Shown one piece after another: positions 19,558-29,488 of a DNA stretch of 64,000 nt. The first letter of the stretch is position 1. Every line of letters starts with the position of its first letter. The position numbers were made by a program, and so were the translations under genes. Under the pieces are notes generated by a model, which was given only the letters and a program-made list of their open reading frames with translations, did not search any database and had not been told where the DNA came from. The DNA comes from an uncultured cyanobacterium (GTDB taxonomy: Bacteria; Cyanobacteriota; Cyanobacteriia; Cyanobacteriales; CAWUOF01): positions 2,240,001 to 2,304,000 of the forward strand of contig CAVUSO010000001.1 in the NCBI GenBank assembly GCA_963744145.1, read 5' to 3'.

Positions 19558-21147
19558 ATGTTCAACAATATCACCTTACAAAAATCCTTGATATTTTCGT
19601 TTGTATATATGGTTCTGGGATTATTTTTTATTTCCCTAGTTAGTTGGATTTCTAATTCTGATTTATATGCACAAGTTGATACATTAGGTAATAACAGTTT
19701 ACCCAGTGTGACTGGATTATATAAAGTGTATGACGGACAAACCAAAATAGATGCAGCTGAACAATCCCTACTGAATCCTAAATTGACTAGCGAAGATAGA
19801 AAAGCAGAATTAGGCAAAATTAAACAAGCTTGGACAGAAATAGAAACGGGATTCAAACTGTATGAAACTACACCCCGAAGTGATGAAGAAGATCGAGTCT
19901 ATAAACAATTACAAATTGATTGGCTTAATTGGAAGCAAAATCACGAACAATTTTTAAACTTAAATCAAGAATTTGAGCGATTAGGTATCATCAATCCTGA
20001 TGAGCTACAACTATCATTATTACGTCAGGGAAAAGAAAATTCTTCGGAAATAGCAGCTGCCAAAGCTGCGTCTGAGGCTTTAAATAGACTTTACACTCAA
20101 TCCAAAGACAATCGCGCTACCTATATAGTCGCAGCTAAATTAATTTTAGAAGATATTAAAATTAATGAAGATGCAGGAGAACAGGCAAAAAAAGACGCCA
20201 GCAAGGTTAATACTCAGAGCAAAATTATTGTCATCACTGCCATGATAATTGGGATCGGTAGTGCGATCGGTTTTGGATTTTATTTTATTAAACAAGTTAC
20301 CGAACCTCTGGCTAATCAAATTCAAAGTTCTGGGATAAAAATTACCACATCAACTACAGAAATAGCTGCTTCGGGTAAAGAATTAGAAGCAACAATGACG
20401 GAACAAGTTGCTTCAACTAATGAGGTAGTAGCAACTGCTAGAGAAATTGCTGCTACTGCGAAAAAGCTAGTTCAGACCATGGAAGAAGTAACGATGATGT
20501 CCCAAACAACTGCCCAATCAGCTAGTAATGGACAAAAAAATTTAGTGCAGATGGAAACAAGTATGCGTCACTTAGCAGATGCTACTGCTTCAATTGCGTC
20601 CAGACTGGAAATAATTAGTGAAAAAGCTGATAATATTAATACCATTGTCTCTACCATTACTAAAGTAGCAGATCAGACTAATTTACTCTCACTTAATGCG
20701 GCGATCGAAGCAGAACAAGCAGGAGAATATGGGATGGGTTTTGCTGTAGTTGCTCGAGAGATTCGGCGTTTAGCCGATCAGACAGCGGTAGCTACTTTAG
20801 ATATTGAAAGTATGGTAAAAGAAATGCAATCGGCGGTTTCAAGTGGGGTGATGGAGATGAATAAATTTACCACAGAAGTGAGTCGCAACGTGCAAGAAGT
20901 CCGCAATATTAGTGTGCAACTGTCCAATGTTATTGAAGAGGTACAAAGCTTAACTCCGCGATTTAGGAATGTGAATGAGGGGATGGATGCTCAATCAGAA
21001 GGAGCTAGTCAAATTAGTGAAGCGATGTTGCAATTAAGTGAAGCATCAGGTCAAACAGCTGATGCAATCCGGGAAATTAATCGAGCTTTAGAGGAATTAA
21101 CTGATGCTGCTCAAAACTTAAGGCGATCGACGTTAGCTTTAAAATAG
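19558..21147 (+). CDS. Methyl-accepting chemotaxis protein (WspA-like)
   Basis: Two TM segments around a four-helix sensor; QTNLLSLNAAIEA..GFAVVAREIRRLADQT. Confidence 0.92.
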   Translation: MFNNITLQKSLIFSFVYMVLGLFFISLVSWISNSDLYAQVDTLGNNSLPSVTGLYKVYDGQTKIDAAEQSLLNPKLTSEDRKAELGKIKQAWTEIETGFKLYETTPRSDEEDRVYKQLQIDWLNWKQNHEQFLNLNQEFERLGIINPDELQLSLLRQGKENSSEIAAAKAASEALNRLYTQSKDNRATYIVAAKLILEDIKINEDAGEQAKKDASKVNTQSKIIVITAMIIGIGSAIGFGFYFIKQVTEPLANQIQSSGIKITTSTTEIAASGKELEATMTEQVASTNEVVATAREIAATAKKLVQTMEEVTMMSQTTAQSASNGQKNLVQMETSMRHLADATASIASRLEIISEKADNINTIVSTITKVADQTNLLSLNAAIEAEQAGEYGMGFAVVAREIRRLADQTAVATLDIESMVKEMQSAVSSGVMEMNKFTTEVSRNVQEVRNISVQLSNVIEEVQSLTPRFRNVNEGMDAQSEGASQISEAMLQLSEASGQTADAIREINRALEELTDAAQNLRRSTLALK

Positions 21148-21158
21148 GGTAATCGGTA

Positions 21159-21833
21159 ATGAGCAATGATTGTTGGAAAAAAATTGGTGTTACGGGCGAT
21201 CGCTCCTGTCCAGAACTAAAAAAAGTTATTCATTGTCACAATTGCCCGATTTATGCAGCTGCGGGTCGTAATTTATTAGAGCGGACAGCACCAACAGGAT
21301 ATGTAAATACTTGGACTAATTTGCTTTCTCGTGATAAAGATATTGAGATTACCTATCGAGTTGCTTCAGCAGATACAATTTCGGTGGGGATATTTCGGAT
21401 TGGTGCTGAATGGTTAGCATTACCAGCTAAATTATTCAAAGAAGTGACTGAAAATGCAGTAATTCATATTTTGCCCCAGCGAAGTAACGAAGTTCTCTTA
21501 GGGTTAGTAAATGTGCGGGGTGAAATTCAACTCTGTATCTCATTACAAGCTCTATTAGGAATTGAAACTGCTGTAGTTAATTCTCAGAATATTAATCCTT
21601 TGGTCTATGGAAGAATGGTAGTGATCGAAAAAGCTGGTAGTCGTTGGGTATTTCCTGTCGATGAAATCTATGGGATTCATCGGATCTATGGAAATGAATT
21701 GGGAAATGTCCCAGCAACGGTAAATAAGATTGCTGATAATTATACCAAAGGAATGATTAAATGGCAATCCCAAAATGTGAGTTATTTAGATGATGAATTG
21801 TTATTTTATACGTTAGATAAAAAACTTTTATAG
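21159..21833 (+). CDS. cheW: CheW adaptor (WspD-like, Cys-rich N-terminus)
   Basis: DCW..IGV.GDRSCPEL....HC.NCP.Y N-terminus; LGLVNVRGEI. Confidence 0.9.
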   Translation: MSNDCWKKIGVTGDRSCPELKKVIHCHNCPIYAAAGRNLLERTAPTGYVNTWTNLLSRDKDIEITYRVASADTISVGIFRIGAEWLALPAKLFKEVTENAVIHILPQRSNEVLLGLVNVRGEIQLCISLQALLGIETAVVNSQNINPLVYGRMVVIEKAGSRWVFPVDEIYGIHRIYGNELGNVPATVNKIADNYTKGMIKWQSQNVSYLDDELLFYTLDKKLL

Positions 21834-21843
21834 GTGCTAAATT

Positions 21844-24744
21844 ATGGATGAAAATATGACTAATCATGATCTAAGTAATGTATCCATGCTCGATTTATTT
21901 CGCATGGAAGTAGAAGCACAAGCAACGATTCTCAATGATAATTTGTTAGTGCTGGAGACTAACCCAAAAGCAGCAAACGAATTAGAAGCTTTAATGCGTG
22001 CATCACATTCAATTAAAGGAGCAGCTCGGATCGTATCACTAGATTTAGCAGTCCAAATCGCACATTTAATGGAAGACTGTTTTGTCGCAGCTCAAACAGG
22101 TGCGATCGCGATTGATGCTGCTGACAAAATTGATGTATTATTACAAGGAGTTGATCTGCTGCTGCGGATTTCCCAAACCCCACCGCATGAAATTGAAGCT
22201 TGGACAACCACCCATCAAATCGAGTTTGACAATTTAGTGACAGCGATATCGGCAATTTTAACCACAGAAAAACCAGCAATTAAAACTGAATATTTTGCTC
22301 TAGAAGAGAGAGTTAATGAACCTGATCAACCAGAAAATTTATCTGCTCCCACTCCTGACCATCTACCTGAACAAGAACCAACTTTACTGGAACAATCTCC
22401 CGATCGAGATTTATCAATGCTAGGATTATTTCGGACAGAACTAGTAGCACAGATTACCTTGATCCATAACTGTTTTGTTCAACTTAAAAATCACCAAAAT
22501 GTAGAAGAGATCAAAATTGAATCCTTAATTGCAGCAGTAAACTTAATTAAGGGTGCTGCGATGATCGTTAAACTAACCGGAGTGATCAATATTAGTCGGA
22601 AATTACAAGAGAGATTTCTGACTATTCAAGAAAAAAATATTTCTTTAAGTCTAGCAGAAATTGATGATTTAATTCCCGCTATTGATTTATTATTAAATCT
22701 AGCCGAAGTACCAGAAAATGACCTAGATAATTGGTTATTTGAACATCATAATGAAATTGAGAATATAGTTGCATTGATTAGAAATAAACCTGAAAATAAT
22801 CAAATAAATATAGCCGGAGAAATAACTCCTCATCCACCATCATTAATAATTAATTCAGCTCCTCATGAACAGCAATTATCTAATCTTAATCAAACGCTGC
22901 AATCAACAGCTAAAAGTTTAGTAGAACCAGGATCTACTATCACCAAAAGTGCAATTTCATCTACTCATAAACAACCAGATAAAAATCTAGTAAATCACCA
23001 AGAATCATCTCATCGCGTTGTGCGGGTCAGTGCAGAGAACTTAAATCGTTTAATGGGATTAGCTGGTGAATCTTTATTAGAAGCAAACTGGTTACAACCG
23101 TTTGCTGATTCTTTATTTAAACTGAGAAAACAACAAAGAGAACTGTATAATTTAATTGAAAAATTGCAAGAATCTTTAAGCGGATTACCTTTAAGTTCAC
23201 GAACTGAAAATTATCTTAAAGCGACTAGAAAAAAAGCAAGTGAATGTGGTTATATATTGACCGATCGGCTCAATGAATTAGAACTTTTTTCTCGTCGTTC
23301 TGCTAATCTTTCTGACCGTCTTTACCGAGAAGTTATTGCTAGTCATATGCGTCCTTTTGCTGATGGAGTCCAAGGTTTTCCCCGGATGATGCGAGATTTA
23401 GCTAGACAGTTAGGTAAACAAGTCAAGTTTGAAATTATTGGTAAATCAACGCAAGTTGATCGGGATATTTTAGAAAAATTAGAAGCACCCCTTACTCATA
23501 TTTTGCGGAATGCGATCGATCATGGAATTGAATCTCCCCACGATCGCGTTCTTGCAGAAAAACCTCCAGAAGGTACGGTACGTTTAGAAGCTTTTCATCG
23601 AGCAGGAATGTTATCAATTACAGTTACCGATGATGGAAAAGGAGTGGAATTAGAACGACTCCGTCAAAAAATTATTAGTAAGGGAATGTTAACGATAGAA
23701 ATGGCTAATCGTTTGACGGAACCGGAACTAATGGAGTTTTTATTTTTGCCAGGATTTTCTACAGCTAGTAAGGTTACAGATGTTTCCGGTCGTGGGGTAG
23801 GATTAGATATAGTTCAGAACATGATCCAGGAAGTAGGAGGTCAGTTACGAGCAATATCTAAACCAGGACAAGGAATGATTTTTCATTTACAATTACCCCT
23901 CACTTTATCCGTAATTCGGACACTTTTAGTCGAAATAGCGGGAGAACCTTATGCTTTTCCACTGACAAGGATTGTCCGGATTGTGATGGTGAAACGGACT
24001 GAAATTCAGATGGTGGAAAATCGCCAATATTTTACTCTTGATCAGCAAAATATTGGGTTAGTCGCTGCACATCAAGCTTTGAGATTAACCGAAACTTCCT
24101 TTCCAGGAGAAGTTTTGCCCACCGTGGTAGTTAGCGATCGCGGCTCAAAGTATGGTTTAGTAGTAGATCGACTCCTAGGTGAACGAGATTTAGTAGTTAG
24201 ACCTTTAGATTCGCGGTTAGGAAAATTACCAAACTTTAGTGCGACAGCTTTAATGGAAAATGGTTCTCCCCTGTTAATTATTGATGTTGATGATTTAGTG
24301 CGATCGATTTATAAATTGTTGCATGAAGAAGAATTAACCAAGGTTAGTCAAACTTTGCCGATTTCTGGTAATCGAAAATCGGTTTTAGTTGTGGATGACT
24401 CTATGACTGTGCGGGAAGTGGAACGTAAATTATTGGAAAATTGGGGCTATCAAGTTGAAATTGCTGTGGATGGAATGGATGCTTGGAATGCAGTCCGAAG
24501 TAATAATTATGATTTAGTCATTACTGATGTTGATATGCCCCGCATGAATGGGATTGAGTTAGTGAGGAGGATTAAAAATAGTGATCATCTCAAGGATTTA
24601 CCAGTTATGATTGTTTCTTATAAAGATCGAGAAGAAGATCGGATTCGCGGTTTAGATATGGGTGCTGATTATTATTTAACTAAAAGTAGTTTTCAAGATG
24701 ATAGTTTTTTAAATGCTGTGATTGCTCTAATTGGGGAAAGTTAG
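21844..24744 (+). CDS. cheA: Hybrid CheA kinase (Hpt, degenerate Hpt, HATPase, CheW, REC; WspE-like)
   Basis: RASHSIKGAAR, HILRNAIDHG, DDGKG, SGRGVGLD, C-terminal REC (VVDDS, ITDVDMP). Confidence 0.93.
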   Translation: MDENMTNHDLSNVSMLDLFRMEVEAQATILNDNLLVLETNPKAANELEALMRASHSIKGAARIVSLDLAVQIAHLMEDCFVAAQTGAIAIDAADKIDVLLQGVDLLLRISQTPPHEIEAWTTTHQIEFDNLVTAISAILTTEKPAIKTEYFALEERVNEPDQPENLSAPTPDHLPEQEPTLLEQSPDRDLSMLGLFRTELVAQITLIHNCFVQLKNHQNVEEIKIESLIAAVNLIKGAAMIVKLTGVINISRKLQERFLTIQEKNISLSLAEIDDLIPAIDLLLNLAEVPENDLDNWLFEHHNEIENIVALIRNKPENNQINIAGEITPHPPSLIINSAPHEQQLSNLNQTLQSTAKSLVEPGSTITKSAISSTHKQPDKNLVNHQESSHRVVRVSAENLNRLMGLAGESLLEANWLQPFADSLFKLRKQQRELYNLIEKLQESLSGLPLSSRTENYLKATRKKASECGYILTDRLNELELFSRRSANLSDRLYREVIASHMRPFADGVQGFPRMMRDLARQLGKQVKFEIIGKSTQVDRDILEKLEAPLTHILRNAIDHGIESPHDRVLAEKPPEGTVRLEAFHRAGMLSITVTDDGKGVELERLRQKIISKGMLTIEMANRLTEPELMEFLFLPGFSTASKVTDVSGRGVGLDIVQNMIQEVGGQLRAISKPGQGMIFHLQLPLTLSVIRTLLVEIAGEPYAFPLTRIVRIVMVKRTEIQMVENRQYFTLDQQNIGLVAAHQALRLTETSFPGEVLPTVVVSDRGSKYGLVVDRLLGERDLVVRPLDSRLGKLPNFSATALMENGSPLLIIDVDDLVRSIYKLLHEEELTKVSQTLPISGNRKSVLVVDDSMTVREVERKLLENWGYQVEIAVDGMDAWNAVRSNNYDLVITDVDMPRMNGIELVRRIKNSDHLKDLPVMIVSYKDREEDRIRGLDMGADYYLTKSSFQDDSFLNAVIALIGES

Positions 24745-24827
24745 GCGATAATAGATCAACGGGTAATCATAGATTTGAAAATTTATGATCTACGCCCCAT
24801 CATCCTTGACCCATTCCTAACCAGCCC

Positions 24828-25856
24828 ATGAGAATAGCTATTGTTAATGATATGTTAATCGCTGTAGAAGCTTTACGGCGAATTGTAGTGACAGTCCCAG
24901 ACTATGAAGTTGCTTGGATTGCTCGTGATGGTGCCGAAGCTGTGGTGAAATGTGCTAAAGATACCCCTGACTTGATTTTAATGGATTTGGTAATGCCAGG
25001 GATGGGTGGAGTTGAAGCAACTAAACAAATTATGCGGGATTCTCCCTGTGCTATCCTTATTGTCACTGCGACAGTTAGTGGTAATGCTTCTAAAGTTTTT
25101 GAAGCGATGGGATATGGAGCTTTAGATGCAGTTAATACACCCATTTTAGGTAGTGGGGGAAGTACGGAGGGTGGGGCAACTTTACTAGCCAAAATCGGGA
25201 CGATCGCGAAATTACTAGGGAAATCGAGTGGTAAAAAAAATCAACGGACAATGGATTTAGAACAACGTGGTGCTTTACCCCAAACTACTCCCCGTTTATT
25301 AGTAATTGGGTCTTCCACTGGTGGTCCACAAGCTCTAGCTAAGATTCTCTCTGGTTTTCCTAAAGATTTTAGTGCCGCAGTTGTGATTGTTCAGCATGTA
25401 GATGTGCAATTTGCCGCAGGTTTAGCAGAATGGTTAGATAGTCAAGCATCTTTACCAGTAAAGTTAGCGATCGCTGGTGATCATATCCAATGTGGAAAAG
25501 TTTTAATTGCGGCGAGTAATGACCATCTGGTGTTAACGTCTAATCTGACCCTGAAATATACTCCCGATCCGAGGGATTGTCCTTATCGTCCTTCGGTTGA
25601 TGCTTTTTTTAAAAGTATTGCTGAATATTGATCAAAAAAAGGCGTCGCAGTTTTATTAACTGGGATGGGTAAAGATGGAGCCCAAGGATTACAGACTTTA
25701 CGGGCTCATGGTTGGCACACGATCGCTCAGGATCAAGCTAGTTGCGTAGTTTATGGGATGCCAAAAGCTGCGGTGGAATTGGGAGCTGCGGTGGAAGTCT
25801 TACCGATTAGTGCGATCGCTTCAGCCTGTACTAAAAATATTCTCTCCTTACGTTAG
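24828..25856 (+). pseudogene. cheB: CheB methylesterase (WspF-like) split by an in-frame TGA at 25629-25631
   Basis: REC domain plus GSSTGG and VQH; the frame continues past the stop as [24 protein letters not shown]. Confidence 0.85.
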
Positions 25857-25924
25857 TTATCTGTAATCAGTCATCGGTAGAGTGTAGCATCTTCGGATTA
25901 AACCTGACTTCCTCGGGATGATCC

Positions 25925-27097
25925 TTGAGCTATCTTTACACTACTGAGTATGATATTATGACTAATTTTGATGGTGAATCTACATCGGTTAATTCATCTT
26001 TAACAAATTATCCAATCACTGTACTGCTGATTGATGATCAGCCCATCATTGGTGAGGCGGTCCGACGGATGCTGGCTGAGGAAAAAGATATTACTTTTCA
26101 CTATTGTGATCATCCCGCTAATGCGATTACTAAGGCGATCGAAATCCAACCCACGGTGATTTTACAAGACTTAGTGATGCCAGATATTGATGGGTTGTTG
26201 TTATTGCGTTTTTTTCGGGTTAATGAGCGGACTCGCTATATTCCGATGATTGTGCTTTCGACCAAGGAAGAGCCAAAATTAAAAGCAGAAGCATTTGCTT
26301 TAGGTGCCAATGATTATTTAGTGAAATTACCGGATAAAGTTGAATTAATTGCTCGGATTCGGTATCATTCTAAGGCATATATTAATCTCTTGCAACGCAA
26401 TGAAGCTTATCAAAATATGCAAGATTATTTAGAAAAATTAGAAATTGAACAGGAAAAATCAGAACGGCTATTGCTGAATATTTTACCTAAACCGATCGCG
26501 GAGCGGTTGAAAAAAGGACAAAGTATTATTGCGGAAAGTTTTTCTGATGTGAGTATCCTGTTTGCTGATATTGTGGGGTTTACAGACCTTTCCGCTCGGA
26601 CTTCTCCGATCGCATTAGTGCATTTGCTCAATGAAATATTCTCCCAGTTTGATTTACTAGCTGATCAACATGGGTTAGAAAAAATTAAAACTATTGGTGA
26701 TGCTTATATGGTGGTTGGGGGATTACCAAAACCTCGACCAGATCATGCAGAAGCGATCGCGCAAATGGCAATTGATATTCAAGCGGCTATTCTTAATTTT
26801 CAACAACAGCATGATAACGATATTATGATTCGGATTGGGATTAATTCTGGTCCAGTTGTAGCGGGAATTATTGGGACTAGAAAATTTATTTATGATTTGT
26901 GGGGTGATACGGTCAATACAGCTAGTCGGATGGAATCTCATGGTATACCTAATCAGATTCATGTCACATCGGCAACTTATGAGTTATTGAAAGATAAATA
27001 TTTACTGGAAGAACGAGGTATAATTAAAGTCAAAGGTAAAGGGGAAATGTTAACTTATTTTTTGCATGGCAAGAAATTAAACGGGGAAAGGAGTTGA
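25925..27097 (+). CDS. Response regulator-class III adenylate/guanylate cyclase (likely start ATG 25958)
   Basis: WspR-like REC (LLIDDQ, ILQDLVMPDIDGL) plus LFADIVGFT, KIKTIGDAYM, YDLWGDTVNTASRMES; K and D specificity residues suggest ATP substrate. Confidence 0.9.
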   Translation: MSYLYTTEYDIMTNFDGESTSVNSSLTNYPITVLLIDDQPIIGEAVRRMLAEEKDITFHYCDHPANAITKAIEIQPTVILQDLVMPDIDGLLLLRFFRVNERTRYIPMIVLSTKEEPKLKAEAFALGANDYLVKLPDKVELIARIRYHSKAYINLLQRNEAYQNMQDYLEKLEIEQEKSERLLLNILPKPIAERLKKGQSIIAESFSDVSILFADIVGFTDLSARTSPIALVHLLNEIFSQFDLLADQHGLEKIKTIGDAYMVVGGLPKPRPDHAEAIAQMAIDIQAAILNFQQQHDNDIMIRIGINSGPVVAGIIGTRKFIYDLWGDTVNTASRMESHGIPNQIHVTSATYELLKDKYLLEERGIIKVKGKGEMLTYFLHGKKLNGERS

Positions 27098-27104
27098 AAA
27101 GAAT

Positions 27105-27866
27105 ATGGGGCCATTTATTACGATGTTTTTAGCTTTCTGTTCATATTTATTAATTGCAGGAGTAAAACTGGATAAAGAATATCAACGGGGAGTAATATTT
27201 CGTCTAGGAAGAATCAGTGCCCTTCGTGGGCCAGGTCTCTACTGGATTATTCCCATCATTGATCAAAAAACCCAGATTGATATTCGGACTAAAACCGTCA
27301 GCATTGAACCACAAGAAACCGTAACTGCGGATAGTGTTACGATCAAAGTAAATGCAGTGCTTTACTATCGAATTACTGATCCGACAGCAGCGATCAATAA
27401 AGTAGAAAACTATCAGATGGCTGTTTATCAGACTGCGCTAACTACTCTCCGCAATGTGGTTGGTCAAAATATTTTAGATGATGTGTTGCAAAATCGCACT
27501 AAAATTAATAACCAAGTTCAAGTGATCGTCGATGAAGTAACAGAAAATTGGGGAGTTGTGATTGAAAGGGTAGAAATTAAGGATGTGGAAATACCCCCAT
27601 CGATGCAACGAGCAATGGCTAAAGAAGCTGAAGCAATCCGAGAAAAACGGGCGCGGATTATTAAAGCTTCGGCTGAACAAGAAGCTTCTATGAAATTATC
27701 TCAAGCTGCTCAAACAATTATGGAAAATCCCGCAGCTTTAGAATTACGTCGCTTACAAATGTTAACGGAAATTGGAGCTGAGAATAATACTACAACTGTG
27801 GTAATGTTGCCTTCAGATTTTCTGAGTGTAGCCCGAAAATTTTCTGATTCTTTGCCAGAAAAATAG
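27105..27866 (+). CDS. SPFH/stomatin (band 7) family protein
   Basis: EYQRGVIFRLG, VERVEIKDV, MQRAMAKEAEA.REKRA. Confidence 0.92.
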   Translation: MGPFITMFLAFCSYLLIAGVKLDKEYQRGVIFRLGRISALRGPGLYWIIPIIDQKTQIDIRTKTVSIEPQETVTADSVTIKVNAVLYYRITDPTAAINKVENYQMAVYQTALTTLRNVVGQNILDDVLQNRTKINNQVQVIVDEVTENWGVVIERVEIKDVEIPPSMQRAMAKEAEAIREKRARIIKASAEQEASMKLSQAAQTIMENPAALELRRLQMLTEIGAENNTTTVVMLPSDFLSVARKFSDSLPEK

Positions 27867-27888
27867 GTTGATCAAGTGAAATCCGATC

Positions 27889-29268
27889 GTGAAACAACAA
27901 AAGAAAGAAAAGTCAGAAAAAAATCGCCAGCGCGAGGGTGAAATTAAACCAGAGTCACCCTTAATAAAAACTCTAAATCAAGAGCAAAAGCTAGCTCTAA
28001 CTGCGATGCAGGAATTCCGAGCATCTGAGCAAAGTTTTTTCTTACTTGAGGGTTATGCAGGTACGGGTAAAACAACTACTATTCAAGCATTTATCCATGA
28101 TTTGCAAGCTAAAAATCAGCGAATATTGATAGCTTGCTGTGCCCCTACTAACAAAGCAGTGAAGGTATTACAACGCACAGCAAATAAATGGGGAATCCAT
28201 CGTATCGATTTTGCTACTGTCTATCAATTACTAGGTTTGACATTAGAATTTGATGATGATGGTGGAAAGGTATTGAAGGAAGGAAAAGACTCTAATCTGA
28301 ATAAATATGACTTAATTATTCTCGATGAAGCATCAATGGTTTCGCGCAATCTTTGGGAATTACTTCAGGATGCAGCACCGAGAAGAAAGACGAAGATAAT
28401 TATGTTAGGAGACCCGGCCCAATTACCCCCAGTGAATGAACCAAGTTCTGTGATATTTGATGAGAATATATCTAGAACTAAGTTAACTGAAGTGATGCGA
28501 TGTGCTGGTTCTAATCCCATTATTGATTTAATTGATGCAGCTAGAGAGAAGGTATTTGATCCTAATAAAATTATTAACTTGGAAAGTAATTTTCTGGCTG
28601 ATCAATCCCAAGGAGTTTGGGTATTTAATCGATCGATGTGGTTAGAGAATATGGTCAAAGCTTTCCAATCCCCACGTTGGCAAAAAGATCCTGATTATGT
28701 TAGAGCGATCGCCTGGACTAATAGATGTGTTGATGGATTGAATGCTTATATTCGTAACGCTCTCTATGAAACCAAGGAACCTTTTATTGTGGGGGAAAGA
28801 TTAATAGCTAGGGATACCATATTCAACCCTTTTAGTGAAGATGAGATAATCATGCCTAATAGTACAGAATGTGAAGTAACTAATCTGCGCTATGGTACTG
28901 ATAAAGAGTATAATGTTTGGCATCTTCATGTCCTTGATGAAGAAGGTAATTCCCATCGTTTGATGGTATTAGATGAATCATCTAAACCTGCGTTTGATGC
29001 TACCCTAAAACAACTGGCTCACGAAGCTTATATCAAAAAAGCTATGGGGGAAAAGAAACCCTGGAAAGATTATTGGGCATTACGCAATCGTTATGCTTAT
29101 GTAAGTTATGCTTATGCTCTCACTTCCCATAAATCTCAAGGTTCGACATTTACCAATGTGTTTGTTGCTCAAAACGATATTCTGAGAAATCCCAATCTGG
29201 TTGAGAAATATCAAAGCTTGTATGTAGCGTATTCACGAGCTTCCGATCGGTTGATTGTTAATTATTAA
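27889..29268 (+). CDS. SF1B DNA helicase (Dda/RecD-like)
   Basis: GYAGTGKT, APTNKA, DEASM, GDPAQLPPV, YALTSHKSQGSTF, YVAYSRA. Confidence 0.88.
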   Translation: MKQQKKEKSEKNRQREGEIKPESPLIKTLNQEQKLALTAMQEFRASEQSFFLLEGYAGTGKTTTIQAFIHDLQAKNQRILIACCAPTNKAVKVLQRTANKWGIHRIDFATVYQLLGLTLEFDDDGGKVLKEGKDSNLNKYDLIILDEASMVSRNLWELLQDAAPRRKTKIIMLGDPAQLPPVNEPSSVIFDENISRTKLTEVMRCAGSNPIIDLIDAAREKVFDPNKIINLESNFLADQSQGVWVFNRSMWLENMVKAFQSPRWQKDPDYVRAIAWTNRCVDGLNAYIRNALYETKEPFIVGERLIARDTIFNPFSEDEIIMPNSTECEVTNLRYGTDKEYNVWHLHVLDEEGNSHRLMVLDESSKPAFDATLKQLAHEAYIKKAMGEKKPWKDYWALRNRYAYVSYAYALTSHKSQGSTFTNVFVAQNDILRNPNLVEKYQSLYVAYSRASDRLIVNY

Positions 29269-29274
29269 GTAGAA

Positions 29275-29485
29275 GAAGGGTTTACCCTGAGTGTTCCCTG
29301 AGTTTACCCTGAGTTTACCCTGAGCGTAGTCGAAGGGCGTAGTCGAAGGGCGTAGTCGAAGGGCGGAGTCGAAGGGTGAAGCATTCGGATATAATATTAC
29401 TGCCCTTCGGCTACGCTCAGGGTAAAGTTTGATCATTCAATTGTCGCCCGAATGCTTCACCCCTACACTTAACTGAACCGTATTG
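29275..29485. repeat. REP hairpin/MITE remnant hosting the 24-nt elements
   Basis: gaaggg|tgaagcattcgg...ccgaatgcttcacccctac followed by cttaactgaaccgtattg; extra 24-nt copy at 29403-29426. Confidence 0.75.
29281..29376 (+). repeat. 24-nt small dispersed element nested four-deep (A4B4)
   Basis: (tttaccctgag)x4 followed by (cgtagtcgaaggg)x4, with two variant units. Confidence 0.9.
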
Positions 29486-29488
29486 GAT

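Noticed and set aside
25629..25631. Selenocysteine or programmed read-through at the cheB TGA
   Set aside because: The position corresponds to a Trp-like non-catalytic site and no SECIS-like hairpin follows; a point mutation is simpler
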